Part shown: piece after piece, positions 37,572 through 45,528 of the stretch
Numbering within the stretch: the stretch's first letter is position 1
Layout: every line of letters starts with the position of its first letter
Assembly (NCBI GenBank): GCA_020248945.1
Contig: JADCGQ010000058.1
Location: 19,189 to 83,188, forward strand
Length of the DNA: 64,000 nucleotides
Source of the DNA: Rubrivivax sp.
GTDB taxonomy: Bacteria; Pseudomonadota; Gammaproteobacteria; Burkholderiales; Burkholderiaceae_C
Direction: 5' to 3'
The notes under the pieces: model-generated
Seen by the model: the letters and a program-made list of their open reading frames with translations, nothing else
What the model was told of the DNA's origin: nothing
The model's database searches: none
Program-made: the position numbers and the translations under genes

Positions 37572-38504
37572 ATGCGCATCGCGATCATGGGTTCGGGCGG
37601 CGTCGGCGGCTACGCCGGCGCCTGGCTGCAGCAGGCCGGACAGGAGGTTCACTTCATCGCCCGCGGCGCACATCTGGCGGCGCTGCAGCAGCAGGGCCTG
37701 CGCATCGAGCACCCCGAGCAGCCGCTGGCGCTGCCCCGGGTGGCGGCCACCGACGACCCGTCGACCGTGGGCCCGGTCGACCTGGTGATCTTCGCCGTCA
37801 AGCTCTTCGACACCGACAGCGCCGCTGCCGCGATGGCGCCCCTGGTGGGCCCGGGCACGCGTGTGCTGACGCTGCAGAACGGCATCGACAGCGCCGCGCT
37901 GCTGCGCCAGCAGCTCGGTCCGGCCGCCCAGGTGCTCGAAGGCGTGATCTACCTCTCGGCCGTGATCGACCGGCCCGGTGTCATCCGCTCGCCCGGCGGC
38001 TTCCATGTCATCGTGGCCGATGGCGCCGGGGGCGACGAAGTGATGGCGAACCTGGCCGCCGCCGCAGCCGGCCTGACAGGGCTGACGGGGCTGACGGTCA
38101 AACTGAGCGACAACGCGCGCCAGACGGTGTGGGAGAAGTTCGTCACGCTGGCCTCCCTGTCCGGCGCCACCGCGCTGCTGCGCGCGCGCATGGGTGCCAT
38201 CCTGGCCCACCCCGAGACGCGCGCCTTCCAGCGCCAGCTGATCGACGAGACGCTGGCCGTGGCCGAGGCCGAAGGCGTGGCCTTGCGCGCCGGCCTCGGC
38301 GACGAGGTCATGGCCAAGCTGGCGCTGATGCCGCCCACGTTCCGCGCCTCGATGGCCGAAGACCTGGAACGCGGCAACCGTCTCGAGCTGCGCTGGCTGA
38401 GCGGCCGTGTGCACGCGCTCGGCCAGGCCCACGGCGTGGCCACACCCGGGCACACGGCCGTGTTCCGCGGCCTCGTGCTGCACGAGCAGGGCCGCAGCGC
38501 CTGA
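37572..38504 (+). CDS. panE: 2-dehydropantoate 2-reductase family oxidoreductase
   Basis: MRIAIMGSGGVGGYAGAWL forms a Rossmann motif. The ApbA/PanE C-terminal domain contains ..SMAEDLERGNRLE. Confidence 0.8.
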   Translation: MRIAIMGSGGVGGYAGAWLQQAGQEVHFIARGAHLAALQQQGLRIEHPEQPLALPRVAATDDPSTVGPVDLVIFAVKLFDTDSAAAAMAPLVGPGTRVLTLQNGIDSAALLRQQLGPAAQVLEGVIYLSAVIDRPGVIRSPGGFHVIVADGAGGDEVMANLAAAAAGLTGLTGLTVKLSDNARQTVWEKFVTLASLSGATALLRARMGAILAHPETRAFQRQLIDETLAVAEAEGVALRAGLGDEVMAKLALMPPTFRASMAEDLERGNRLELRWLSGRVHALGQAHGVATPGHTAVFRGLVLHEQGRSA

Positions 38505-38510
38505 TCCGCC

Positions 38511-40364
38511 ATGTCCCACACCGCCCACCCCCTCGACGAGTTGCTGCTGGCGCACCTGCGCGCCTTCCTGCCCGACGCCGACGAGCCCACGCTGGCCCAG
38601 CTCCGGCACGAGCTCGACTGGATCGAGCTGCCGGCCGGCGCCGTGCTGATGCGCCAGGGCGACCCGGGCGACGCCATGTACATGCTGGCCAGCGGCCGGC
38701 TGCGCGTGAGCATCACCGGCGCCGATGGCGAGGAGCGCGTGGTGCGCGAGATCACGCGCGGCCAGGTGGTGGGCGAAATGAGCCTGGTCACCGACGAGCC
38801 GCGCTCGGCCACGCTGGTGGCGATGCGCGATTCGGTGCTGGCGCGGCTGACCCGGCCGGCCTTCGACCTGCTGTTCCGCCAGCATCCGGCGGTGTCGATG
38901 GCGCTCACGCGGCAGATCGTCGCGCGGCTGCAGACCCAGGGCCGAGGGGTGCGGCCCGACCGGCCCGTCGTCATCGCGCTGCTGCCGCTGGGCGGCCGCT
39001 TCGATGCCAGGGCGGCAGCCGCGCTGGTCGAAGGCCTGACTGCTGAGCTGGCGCGCCACGGGCGTGTGGCCCGGCTCGACGCCGCGGCGATGGCCGCGCG
39101 CCTGGGCCACGTGCCCGGTGACGACAGCGAATCGGTGCGCCGCATGGCCGTGGTGCTGGACGAGATCGAGACCACGCACGACCTGGTGCTGCTGCTGGCC
39201 GACGCCGGCCCCACTCCCTGGACCCGCTGCTGCGCGCGCCAGGGCGATGAGGTGCTGCTGCTGGCGCACGCCGACGACGAGTCCGCGCCCGGCGCCATCG
39301 AGCAGGCCTGCGGCCTGACCGGCAGCCAGGCGCGTGCGGCACCGACCACCGTGCTGGTGCTGGTGCACCCCGAGGGCCGCCGCGGCCCCACCGGCAGCGC
39401 GCGCTGGCACGCGGGGCGCCAGCTGCGGGCGCTCGTGCACCTGCGCCAGGGTCACGCGCCCGACGTGGCGCGGCTGGCCCGCCTGCTCGGACGGCGCGGC
39501 GTGGGCCTGGTGCTCTCGGGCGGCGGCGCGCGCGGCGCGGCTCACGTGGGCGCCTACCGCGCGCTGCAGGAGCACGGCGTGCCGCTCGACGCCATCGGCG
39601 GCACCAGCATGGGCGCCGTGTTCGGCGCCGTGATGGCCTTCGACACCACGGCCGATGAGTTGCACGACACCTTCGCGCGCCACTTCGCCGACAACCCGAC
39701 CGGCGACTTCACGCTGTTTCCGATGCTCGGACTGATCAAGGCGCGGCGGCTGCTGGGCATGATGGAGCGCACCGAGCGCCGCTTCGGCGCCGCCGCGGGC
39801 CTGGACATCCAGGACCTCTGGAAGCCCTACTTCTGCATCGCCACCAACTACTCGCGCGCCACCGAACTGGTGCTCGACCGCGGCCCGCTGGTGCCGGCCG
39901 TGATGGCCACCTGCGCCATCCCCGGCGCCATGCCGCCGGTCCTGCGCGACGGCGATCTGCTGTGTGACGGCGGCGTGTTCAACAACCTGCCCGTCGACGT
40001 GATGCGCAACACCTGGGGCATCGGCCACATCATCGGCGTCGACCTCGGGCTGGCTCTGCCGCGCCGCATCGAACTCGACGCCCTGCCCACGCCGTGGCAA
40101 CTGGTGCGCGACCGCCTGCGCCCGAAGCGCCAGCGCCGCTACCGGCTGCCCACGCTGCCAAACTACCTGATGAACGTGACGGCGCTGTACGGCACCGCGC
40201 GCCAGCGCGCCGCCGCGGCCGAGGCCGACCTCGTGCTGAGCCCCGCACTGCCGCGCATCGGCATGCTGCAGTGGAAGCGCTATGCCGAGGCGGTGCAGGT
40301 GGGCTACGACGAGACGCAGCGCGCGCTCGCCGCGGCCGGCGGCTGGCTGCGGCGCGGGCCGTAG
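38511..40364 (+). CDS. cyclic-nucleotide-binding domain + patatin-like phospholipase (NTE-like)
   Basis: cNMP domain: GDPGDAMYMLASGRLRV...GEMSL..EPRSATLVA. Patatin motifs: GGGARGAAHVG, GTSMGA and DGG. Confidence 0.85.
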   Translation: MSHTAHPLDELLLAHLRAFLPDADEPTLAQLRHELDWIELPAGAVLMRQGDPGDAMYMLASGRLRVSITGADGEERVVREITRGQVVGEMSLVTDEPRSATLVAMRDSVLARLTRPAFDLLFRQHPAVSMALTRQIVARLQTQGRGVRPDRPVVIALLPLGGRFDARAAAALVEGLTAELARHGRVARLDAAAMAARLGHVPGDDSESVRRMAVVLDEIETTHDLVLLLADAGPTPWTRCCARQGDEVLLLAHADDESAPGAIEQACGLTGSQARAAPTTVLVLVHPEGRRGPTGSARWHAGRQLRALVHLRQGHAPDVARLARLLGRRGVGLVLSGGGARGAAHVGAYRALQEHGVPLDAIGGTSMGAVFGAVMAFDTTADELHDTFARHFADNPTGDFTLFPMLGLIKARRLLGMMERTERRFGAAAGLDIQDLWKPYFCIATNYSRATELVLDRGPLVPAVMATCAIPGAMPPVLRDGDLLCDGGVFNNLPVDVMRNTWGIGHIIGVDLGLALPRRIELDALPTPWQLVRDRLRPKRQRRYRLPTLPNYLMNVTALYGTARQRAAAAEADLVLSPALPRIGMLQWKRYAEAVQVGYDETQRALAAAGGWLRRGP

Positions 40365-40386
40365 CGGCCGGACACCGAGCAACCCC

Positions 40387-40587
40387 TCAGGCCACCCGCG
40401 CGAGCAGCCTGGCCAGCGGCACCGTCAGCGCCAGCAGTGCCATGTACCGCAGCGTCAGCGCCACGCTGCGCAGCACGCGCGCCCACCAGCGCCCGCCGTA
40501 GACACGGCTGCCGGCCATCAGCGTGTACACCGCCATCACGGCCACGCCGATCCAGGCCCACGGCGCCTGCAGCAGGTTCTTGCCCAC
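40387..40587 (-). CDS. possible 66-aa two-TM membrane peptide
   Basis: GTG start, very high GC3 and two hydrophobic segments. There is no obvious SD, and the palindrome GCGGCAGCTGCCGC lies just upstream. Confidence 0.35.
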   Translation of the reverse strand: MGKNLLQAPWAWIGVAVMAVYTLMAGSRVYGGRWWARVLRSVALTLRYMALLALTVPLARLLARVA

Positions 40588-40639
40588 AGACAGGGCAGAA
40601 CGACGGGCGCGGATCGGGCAGCGGCAGCTGCCGCCGCGG

Positions 40640-41068
40640 TCAGATCAGCTCTTCCATCGTCAGCAGCCGGTAGTGCACCGCCAGTGTCGCGCCGCCGTCG
40701 CGGGCGATGGCGGCCGCTTCCACGGCCTGCGGGTTGTCGTCCACCTTCACCAGGCACCAGCCGTAGCCCTGCTGCGCCAGTTCGACATAACGCCCTGGCA
40801 GGGTAACTTCATGGCCAAAGTCGGCCAAGGGGCCCGGGTCGTCGGTCATGGCCCGCAACTGCGCCAGGCTCTCGCCCGGGTTGAAGCGCAGCACGGTCGC
40901 GTCGGTCCAGCCAGCGGCGAGCAGCGCCTGCTCCAGCGTGTCGGCCAGCGCCGGGCTCGGCAGTCCTACCATCAGCCAGCCCACGGGCTTGAAGAGACCG
41001 AACCACGTGGGCACGTCGCCGATGGTCGACGACCCCAGCTCAGGGGCATCGTGCAGGGCGTTGGTCAT
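40640..41068 (-). CDS. hypothetical 142-aa protein
   Basis: Good codon bias. It starts 10 nt after the OmpA-like gene stop. I recognise no family. Confidence 0.65.
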   Translation of the reverse strand: MTNALHDAPELGSSTIGDVPTWFGLFKPVGWLMVGLPSPALADTLEQALLAAGWTDATVLRFNPGESLAQLRAMTDDPGPLADFGHEVTLPGRYVELAQQGYGWCLVKVDDNPQAVEAAAIARDGGATLAVHYRLLTMEELI

Positions 41069-41077
41069 GACGCGGCC

Positions 41078-41779
41078 TCAGCCCTGAGGCTCGCTGAGGA
41101 ACAGCTCGACGCGCCGGTTGCGTGCGCGGCCGTTCTCGCTGCCGTTGTCGGCCAGCGGCTCGCGCGAACCGCGGCCGACCACGTCCATGCGGCTGGTCGG
41201 CACGCCACGGTCCTGCAGGTGATCGCGCACCGCGCGGGCCCGCTCCTGCGACAGCGGGTCGTTGATGGCATCGCTGCCGGTGCTGTCGGTGTGGCCGATG
41301 ATGCGCACCTGCATGCTGGCATCCAGCCCCTCGGCGAAGCGGTCGAGCACACGGCCGGTGCCAGGCTGCAGCATGGCGCTGCCGGTGGCGAAGCTGAGGT
41401 CGGCGGGCACGTTCACGCGCAGCCGGTTGTCGGCCGTTCGCGCGACCTCGATGCCGGTGCCGGCGGTGGCGGCCTCGAGATCCTTGCGCTTGTCTTCCAT
41501 GCGCTTGGACCACAGGTTGCCGGCGATGGCACCCAATGCGCTGCCGATCACCGCGCTACGGCCGGCATTGCCGCCGGTGACGCCTCCGAGCACCGCGCCA
41601 GCCACGGCGCCCACGCCGGCGCCCTGGGCGGTGCCCGTCTGGCGGGCGCTCATGTTCTCGCAACCCGCGAGCGCGACGCCGGCCAGCAGCACGGCGGCGA
41701 GCCGAAGCGGTGTCTGCAGGCGTGTGGCTGGGTGAGGGACCGGCTGAAAGCCCGGCTGCGATCGGTGAGTGCGGTTCAT
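41078..41779 (-). CDS. OmpA-family lipoprotein with glycine-zipper N-region
   Basis: Lipobox LAGVALAGC. Glycine zipper GAGVGAVAGAVLGGVTGG..GSALGAIAG. OmpA_C motifs FATGSAML, GHTDSTGS..N..LS..RA and NRRVE. GGAGA SD upstream. Confidence 0.85.
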   Translation of the reverse strand: MNRTHRSQPGFQPVPHPATRLQTPLRLAAVLLAGVALAGCENMSARQTGTAQGAGVGAVAGAVLGGVTGGNAGRSAVIGSALGAIAGNLWSKRMEDKRKDLEAATAGTGIEVARTADNRLRVNVPADLSFATGSAMLQPGTGRVLDRFAEGLDASMQVRIIGHTDSTGSDAINDPLSQERARAVRDHLQDRGVPTSRMDVVGRGSREPLADNGSENGRARNRRVELFLSEPQG

Positions 41780-41866
41780 GGTGTCTCCGGCTTCGAGCGC
41801 GGATGGTTCGGAAACACCCTTGTAGCCACCGGCCAGCAGCTTGTCTGGCCGCTGTCGCACACAGCG

Positions 41867-41888
41867 CGGCGGGGCTTGCTGCCCGCCG
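41867..41888 (-). terminator. GC-rich hairpin 18 nt after the 32-codon ORF (possible attenuator/terminator; no U-tract)
   Basis: On the minus strand the sequence reads CGGCGGG-CAGCAAGC-CCCGCCG. Confidence 0.25.
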
Positions 41889-41905
41889 GTCTGCCGCTCA
41901 GTAAG

Positions 41906-42004
41906 CTACAGCCATACCCACAGTTGGCGCAGCCAACCAGGGGTTCGAAAGCGCGACGGGCGGTAGTGTTGGCGCAGGCCTTGGGGGTTCAAGCGGTCGT
42001 GCAT
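41906..42004 (-). CDS. candidate SOS-regulated 32-aa peptide
   Basis: Below the track cutoff. GAGGAG lies 7 nt before ATG (42004..42002), and the stop is TAG at 41908..41906. The peptide is MHDRLNPQGLRQHYRPSRFRTPGWLRQLWVWL. Confidence 0.45.
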   Translation of the reverse strand: MHDRLNPQGLRQHYRPSRFRTPGWLRQLWVWL

Positions 42005-42026
42005 GGCGGGGCTCCTCGAAGAGGGT

Positions 42027-42055
42027 ACTGTATGCACATACAGCCCTCTTTGCAA
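42027..42055 (-). promoter_or_regulatory. sigma70-type promoter (-35 TTGCAA, 17-nt spacer, -10 TACAGT)
   Basis: Read on the minus strand: the -35 is at 42055..42050 and the -10 at 42032..42027. It lies immediately after the arsA stop. Confidence 0.55.
42028..42043 (-). promoter_or_regulatory. LexA binding site (SOS box) CTGTATGTGCATACAG
   Basis: Perfect CTGT-N8-ACAG. The 20-mer GGCTGTATGTGCATACAGTA matches TACTGTATATATATACAGTA at 15/20 positions. It overlaps the spacer and the -10. Confidence 0.75.
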
Positions 42056-42060
42056 GCCAG

Positions 42061-43887
42061 CTAGGCGCGTGCGAGCCGACTCAACTCGGCCACGCCCACC
42101 GGCGGCGTGGCCAGCCAGGGCAACGCGAACAGCCGCTTCGCCAGGCCGCCCTGCAGCCGCCCAATCTGCCGCCGTTCACCGGCCAGCCGCGCGGCGAGCA
42201 GCGGGTCGTGCGTGCCGGCGGCGAGCACGCTCTTGTTCAGCAGCCAGGCATAGGGCTCGATGTGCGCGCGGCGCAGGTCGTCCTGCAGCGCGGCAGCCTG
42301 CGACACCGGCGTGGCCTCGGGCAGCGTGACGAGGATGATCTTCGTCGTGCTGCCATCCTGCAGCCGCATCAGCGGCGTCACGACACGGGCCGCGCCGTGG
42401 CCTTCGAACTCGCGCGTCATCTGGCGGTGGTAGGCACCGGTGGCGTCCATCAGCAGCATCGAGTGCCCCGTGGGCGCGGTGTCGAGCACGACGAAGGCGC
42501 TGCGCGCCTCGCTGACGATGCGCGAGAAGGCGTGGAACACCGCCACCTCCTCGGTGCAGGGCGACTGCAAGTCTTCGAGCAGCAGCGCCTGCTCCTGCGC
42601 ATCGAGCCGCGGCGCCTTGGCGGCCATGATCTTGTCGATGTAGCGCCGGGTTTCGACGGCGGGGTCGATGCGGCTGACGCGCAGGCCGTCGACGGGGCCA
42701 TCGGCGCTGCCGTTCAGCGTGTCGGCCAGGTGCGCCGCCGGGTCGGTGGTGCTCAGGTGCACGCTGTGCCCGCGCTGCACCAGGCCCAGCGCCAGCGCGG
42801 CGGCGATGGTGGTCTTGCCGACGCCGCCCTTGCCCATCACCATGACCAGGCCGTGCCCGGCGGCGGCCAGTTCGTCGGCCAGTGCCGCCAACCCGGGCAG
42901 GGCCGCGGCGTCGGCCGCGGCCGGGGCAGCGGCGGCGGCCGGCAGCGCCGGGCCGGCACCCGGCTGCAGCAGTGCGCGCAGGGCCGGCAGGCCCACGGTG
43001 TCGAAGGCGCGCAGCGGCACCTGGTCCTGCGGCTGCGCGCGCAGCACCGCCGGCAGTTCGGCCAGGGCCTGCTGGCCGAGGGCTTCGATGGCCAGCGCCA
43101 CCGCGTCATCGCGTGCGCTGGCGTGGAAGACGCCGTTGATGGCCAGGCGCTGGTTGTCCAGCCCCAGCGTGCGCAGTTCCACCGAGGTGCGCGCGGCCTC
43201 GGCAATGGCGCCGCGCTCGGGCCGCGTCACCAGCACCACGGTGGTCTGGGCGGCATCGCCCAGGGCGTCGAGCGCGGCCTGGAAGCGCGCCTCCTGCATC
43301 TTCAGGCCCGAGTGCGGGCCCAGGCACGAGGCACCACGGTCGTTGTCGCGCAGGAAACCCGTCCAGGCCTTGGGCAGGCTCAGGAGCCGCAGCGTGTGGC
43401 CGGTGGGTGCGGTGTCGAAGACGACGTGGTCCCAGGCGGCGGCCGCGTCGGCCAGCAGCGACGAGAACTCGTCGAACGAGGCGATCTCGGTGGTGCAGGC
43501 GCCGGAGAGCTGCTCGCGCACCGTGGCCCGCTCGTCGGCGCTGGCGCCCTCGCCCATCTGAGCCAGCACACGCTGGCGGTAGGACTCGGCCGCCACGTCG
43601 GGGTCGATGTTCAGCACCGCGAGGCCCGGCGCGCCCGGCACCGGCACGGGCGTGTTGCGCAGCTCGATGCCGAGCATCTCGTCGAGGTTCGAGGCCGCGT
43701 CGGTGCTCACCAGCAGCACGCGGCGGCCGGCATCGGCCAGCGCCAGCGCGGTGGCGGTGGACAGCGAGGTCTTGCCGACGCCGCCCTTGCCGGTGAAAAA
43801 GAGGTGCCTCGTGGGCTGGTTGAGGAAGCCGACACGTGCGGCTGGATCATGCGGCGGGCTCGTGGCGGTGTTCATCTCACAGAGCAT
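42061..43887 (-). CDS. arsA: arsenite-stimulated ATPase ArsA (two-domain)
   Basis: Two P-loops: GKGGVGKTS and GKGGVGKTT. The three metalloid-binding Cys contexts are conserved: SGACTTEIASFDEF, GASCLGP and SPCTEEVAVFHAF. An alternative start MNTATS lies at 43875. Confidence 0.9.
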   Translation of the reverse strand: MLCEMNTATSPPHDPAARVGFLNQPTRHLFFTGKGGVGKTSLSTATALALADAGRRVLLVSTDAASNLDEMLGIELRNTPVPVPGAPGLAVLNIDPDVAAESYRQRVLAQMGEGASADERATVREQLSGACTTEIASFDEFSSLLADAAAAWDHVVFDTAPTGHTLRLLSLPKAWTGFLRDNDRGASCLGPHSGLKMQEARFQAALDALGDAAQTTVVLVTRPERGAIAEAARTSVELRTLGLDNQRLAINGVFHASARDDAVALAIEALGQQALAELPAVLRAQPQDQVPLRAFDTVGLPALRALLQPGAGPALPAAAAAPAAADAAALPGLAALADELAAAGHGLVMVMGKGGVGKTTIAAALALGLVQRGHSVHLSTTDPAAHLADTLNGSADGPVDGLRVSRIDPAVETRRYIDKIMAAKAPRLDAQEQALLLEDLQSPCTEEVAVFHAFSRIVSEARSAFVVLDTAPTGHSMLLMDATGAYHRQMTREFEGHGAARVVTPLMRLQDGSTTKIILVTLPEATPVSQAAALQDDLRRAHIEPYAWLLNKSVLAAGTHDPLLAARLAGERRQIGRLQGGLAKRLFALPWLATPPVGVAELSRLARA

Positions 43888-43911
43888 GCGCCTCTTTGGC
43901 GCGGGCGTCTG

Positions 43912-45408
43912 TCAAGGCCGCGCCGGCTCGAAACGCCGATCGATCAGGTCGGCCTCATCGAAGTGCCGCTGCCCGACAAAGGCCGTGGCGTGGTGGCCCC
44001 ACTGCCGCATCGCACCGGCGCTGGCAATGCCCATCGGCCAGAACAGGACGCGCTCGCCGCGCTCGGTGCCGGCCACCAGGCCATCGGGGCCGTACAGGCT
44101 GCGGCGGCCGCTGGGCGTGGGCAGCGAACGCAGGGCCTCCTCGGGCTGCAGCGTGTACGTCTCGGCTGCCAGCGTCGCCCGCGGCAGCGTCTGCAGGCCC
44201 ATCACGTAGTGCGTGGCCGAGGCCAGCCGCACCACCAGGCGTTGCGCGGGCGCCAGCGGCGGCAGCGGCGCAGGGGCGAACAGCCACTCCTCGAAGCGCG
44301 GCCCACCGTCGCGCGGCCGCAGCGTGGCGGCCGGGAAAAACAGGTGGTAGCAGCCGCAGGCGTGGATGGTGTCCAGCAGCAGCGGCTGGCCGTGCTCGTC
44401 GAGCGTCAGGCGCAGCACGACGCCGTCCAGCGCGCCGGCCAGCAGATCGAAGGCCGAACTCGCCGGCCGCTCGGGGAACCACAGCGTGTAGCTGAGCTGC
44501 AGCAGCCAGAGCCCGCCCACACGCGTGTGCGACAGGCGCTGGTAGACCACCGGCGCGGCCGTGTCCACGCGCGGCGGGCCGGCCTCGGGCCAGGCCAGGG
44601 CGCCGAAACGGTCGGGGCTGCCGAGGGCCTCGATCTCGAACACCGGCGCGTGCCAGGCGAACAACTGCGCCGCGTGGGCCGGCGTGGGCTGCGGCAGGCC
44701 GAGCGCGTCGGTGGCGGGTGGCCAGGGCGGCGGCTGCTCGCGCGCCCGCGTAGCGGCCGCGGGGCCGACGCGGTGCAGGCGCGGGGGCTGCGTGGCCCAG
44801 CGCGCCATCTCGGCCGCGTGCTGCTTCTGCCAGCCCTGCACGCCGGCAAAAAACGGCCAGCGCACCAGCGGGTACAGGCCGAGCGCGCGGCCGGCGGTGC
44901 TGTAGCGCGCGGGCACGGTGGCGCGTTCGAGCAGCGCGGCGCGCAGCGGCTGCGCCGAGGGAGCGAGCAGCTGCTGCACGGCGCGGTGGCGGCAGTCGTG
45001 CGTGCGCGCCGAGGCCTCGACCGCGCCGGCCGGGCCCAGCGCGGCTGCCGGCAGGTTGGCGATCTCGGCCGCGCGCGCGGCGTCGTCGAGCGCGGCGGCA
45101 CGCTGCACCCAGGCCGCGAATGCGGCGTCGCTCTGGCGGGCCTCGTCGCGCAAGGCCATGCCGGTGCGGTCGACGCGCAGGCCCGCAAAGCCGGCGATGC
45201 GCTCGGCCTCGGCATCGGCCACCTGCGCCGTGGCCACGGCGTCGTCCAGGCGGGCCAGCCAGGCGTGGCAGCCGGCTTCGTCGGCCCAGGCGGGCGCACT
45301 CGTCGGCGCGCCGGGCAAGGTGCTGCAGCCTGGCAGGGCCAGCAGGGCGAAAACGACCCCGCCGCCACCCAGCACGCGGCGCCAGCAGAGGAAGCGCGAG
45401 GAACGCAT
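43912..45408 (-). CDS. 498-aa lipoprotein of unknown function
   Basis: Start MRSSRFLC... with lipobox LLALPGC. Good codon bias. It lies 24 nt upstream of arsA (track start 43887). I recognise no family. Confidence 0.7.
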   Translation of the reverse strand: MRSSRFLCWRRVLGGGGVVFALLALPGCSTLPGAPTSAPAWADEAGCHAWLARLDDAVATAQVADAEAERIAGFAGLRVDRTGMALRDEARQSDAAFAAWVQRAAALDDAARAAEIANLPAAALGPAGAVEASARTHDCRHRAVQQLLAPSAQPLRAALLERATVPARYSTAGRALGLYPLVRWPFFAGVQGWQKQHAAEMARWATQPPRLHRVGPAAATRAREQPPPWPPATDALGLPQPTPAHAAQLFAWHAPVFEIEALGSPDRFGALAWPEAGPPRVDTAAPVVYQRLSHTRVGGLWLLQLSYTLWFPERPASSAFDLLAGALDGVVLRLTLDEHGQPLLLDTIHACGCYHLFFPAATLRPRDGGPRFEEWLFAPAPLPPLAPAQRLVVRLASATHYVMGLQTLPRATLAAETYTLQPEEALRSLPTPSGRRSLYGPDGLVAGTERGERVLFWPMGIASAGAMRQWGHHATAFVGQRHFDEADLIDRRFEPARP

Positions 45409-45528
45409 GTCACAAGCTACCACGGCGGCCCGGTGGGCGACCCATCGAGCTTCAGCTGGCCTGGCACCCGCCCCGTCTCAGAGCCAGTGCAGCGTTCAGG
45501 CGGGTGTGGCGGTTTGCGTCGCAGGCCC

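Noticed and set aside
38511-40364. The cNMP-patatin gene as the effector of a CBASS-like anti-phage system.
   Set aside because: The window contains no CD-NTase/cyclase, no Cap accessory genes and no island hallmarks. The cNMP-binding + patatin architecture also matches NTE-like housekeeping lipases. I kept it only as a low-interest finding.
41852-41864. A second CTGT...ACAG motif (CTGTCGCACACAG) downstream of the 32-codon ORF, as a possible extra SOS box.
   Set aside because: The spacing is N5, not N8. It is better explained as the stem of a local hairpin (CGCTGT-GTGCG-ACAGCG).
42061-43887. Interpreting arsA as part of a conventional ars resistance operon.
   Set aside because: No arsR, arsD, arsB/acr3 or arsC lies within several kb on either side. 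It is reported instead as an orphan with an unknown partner.
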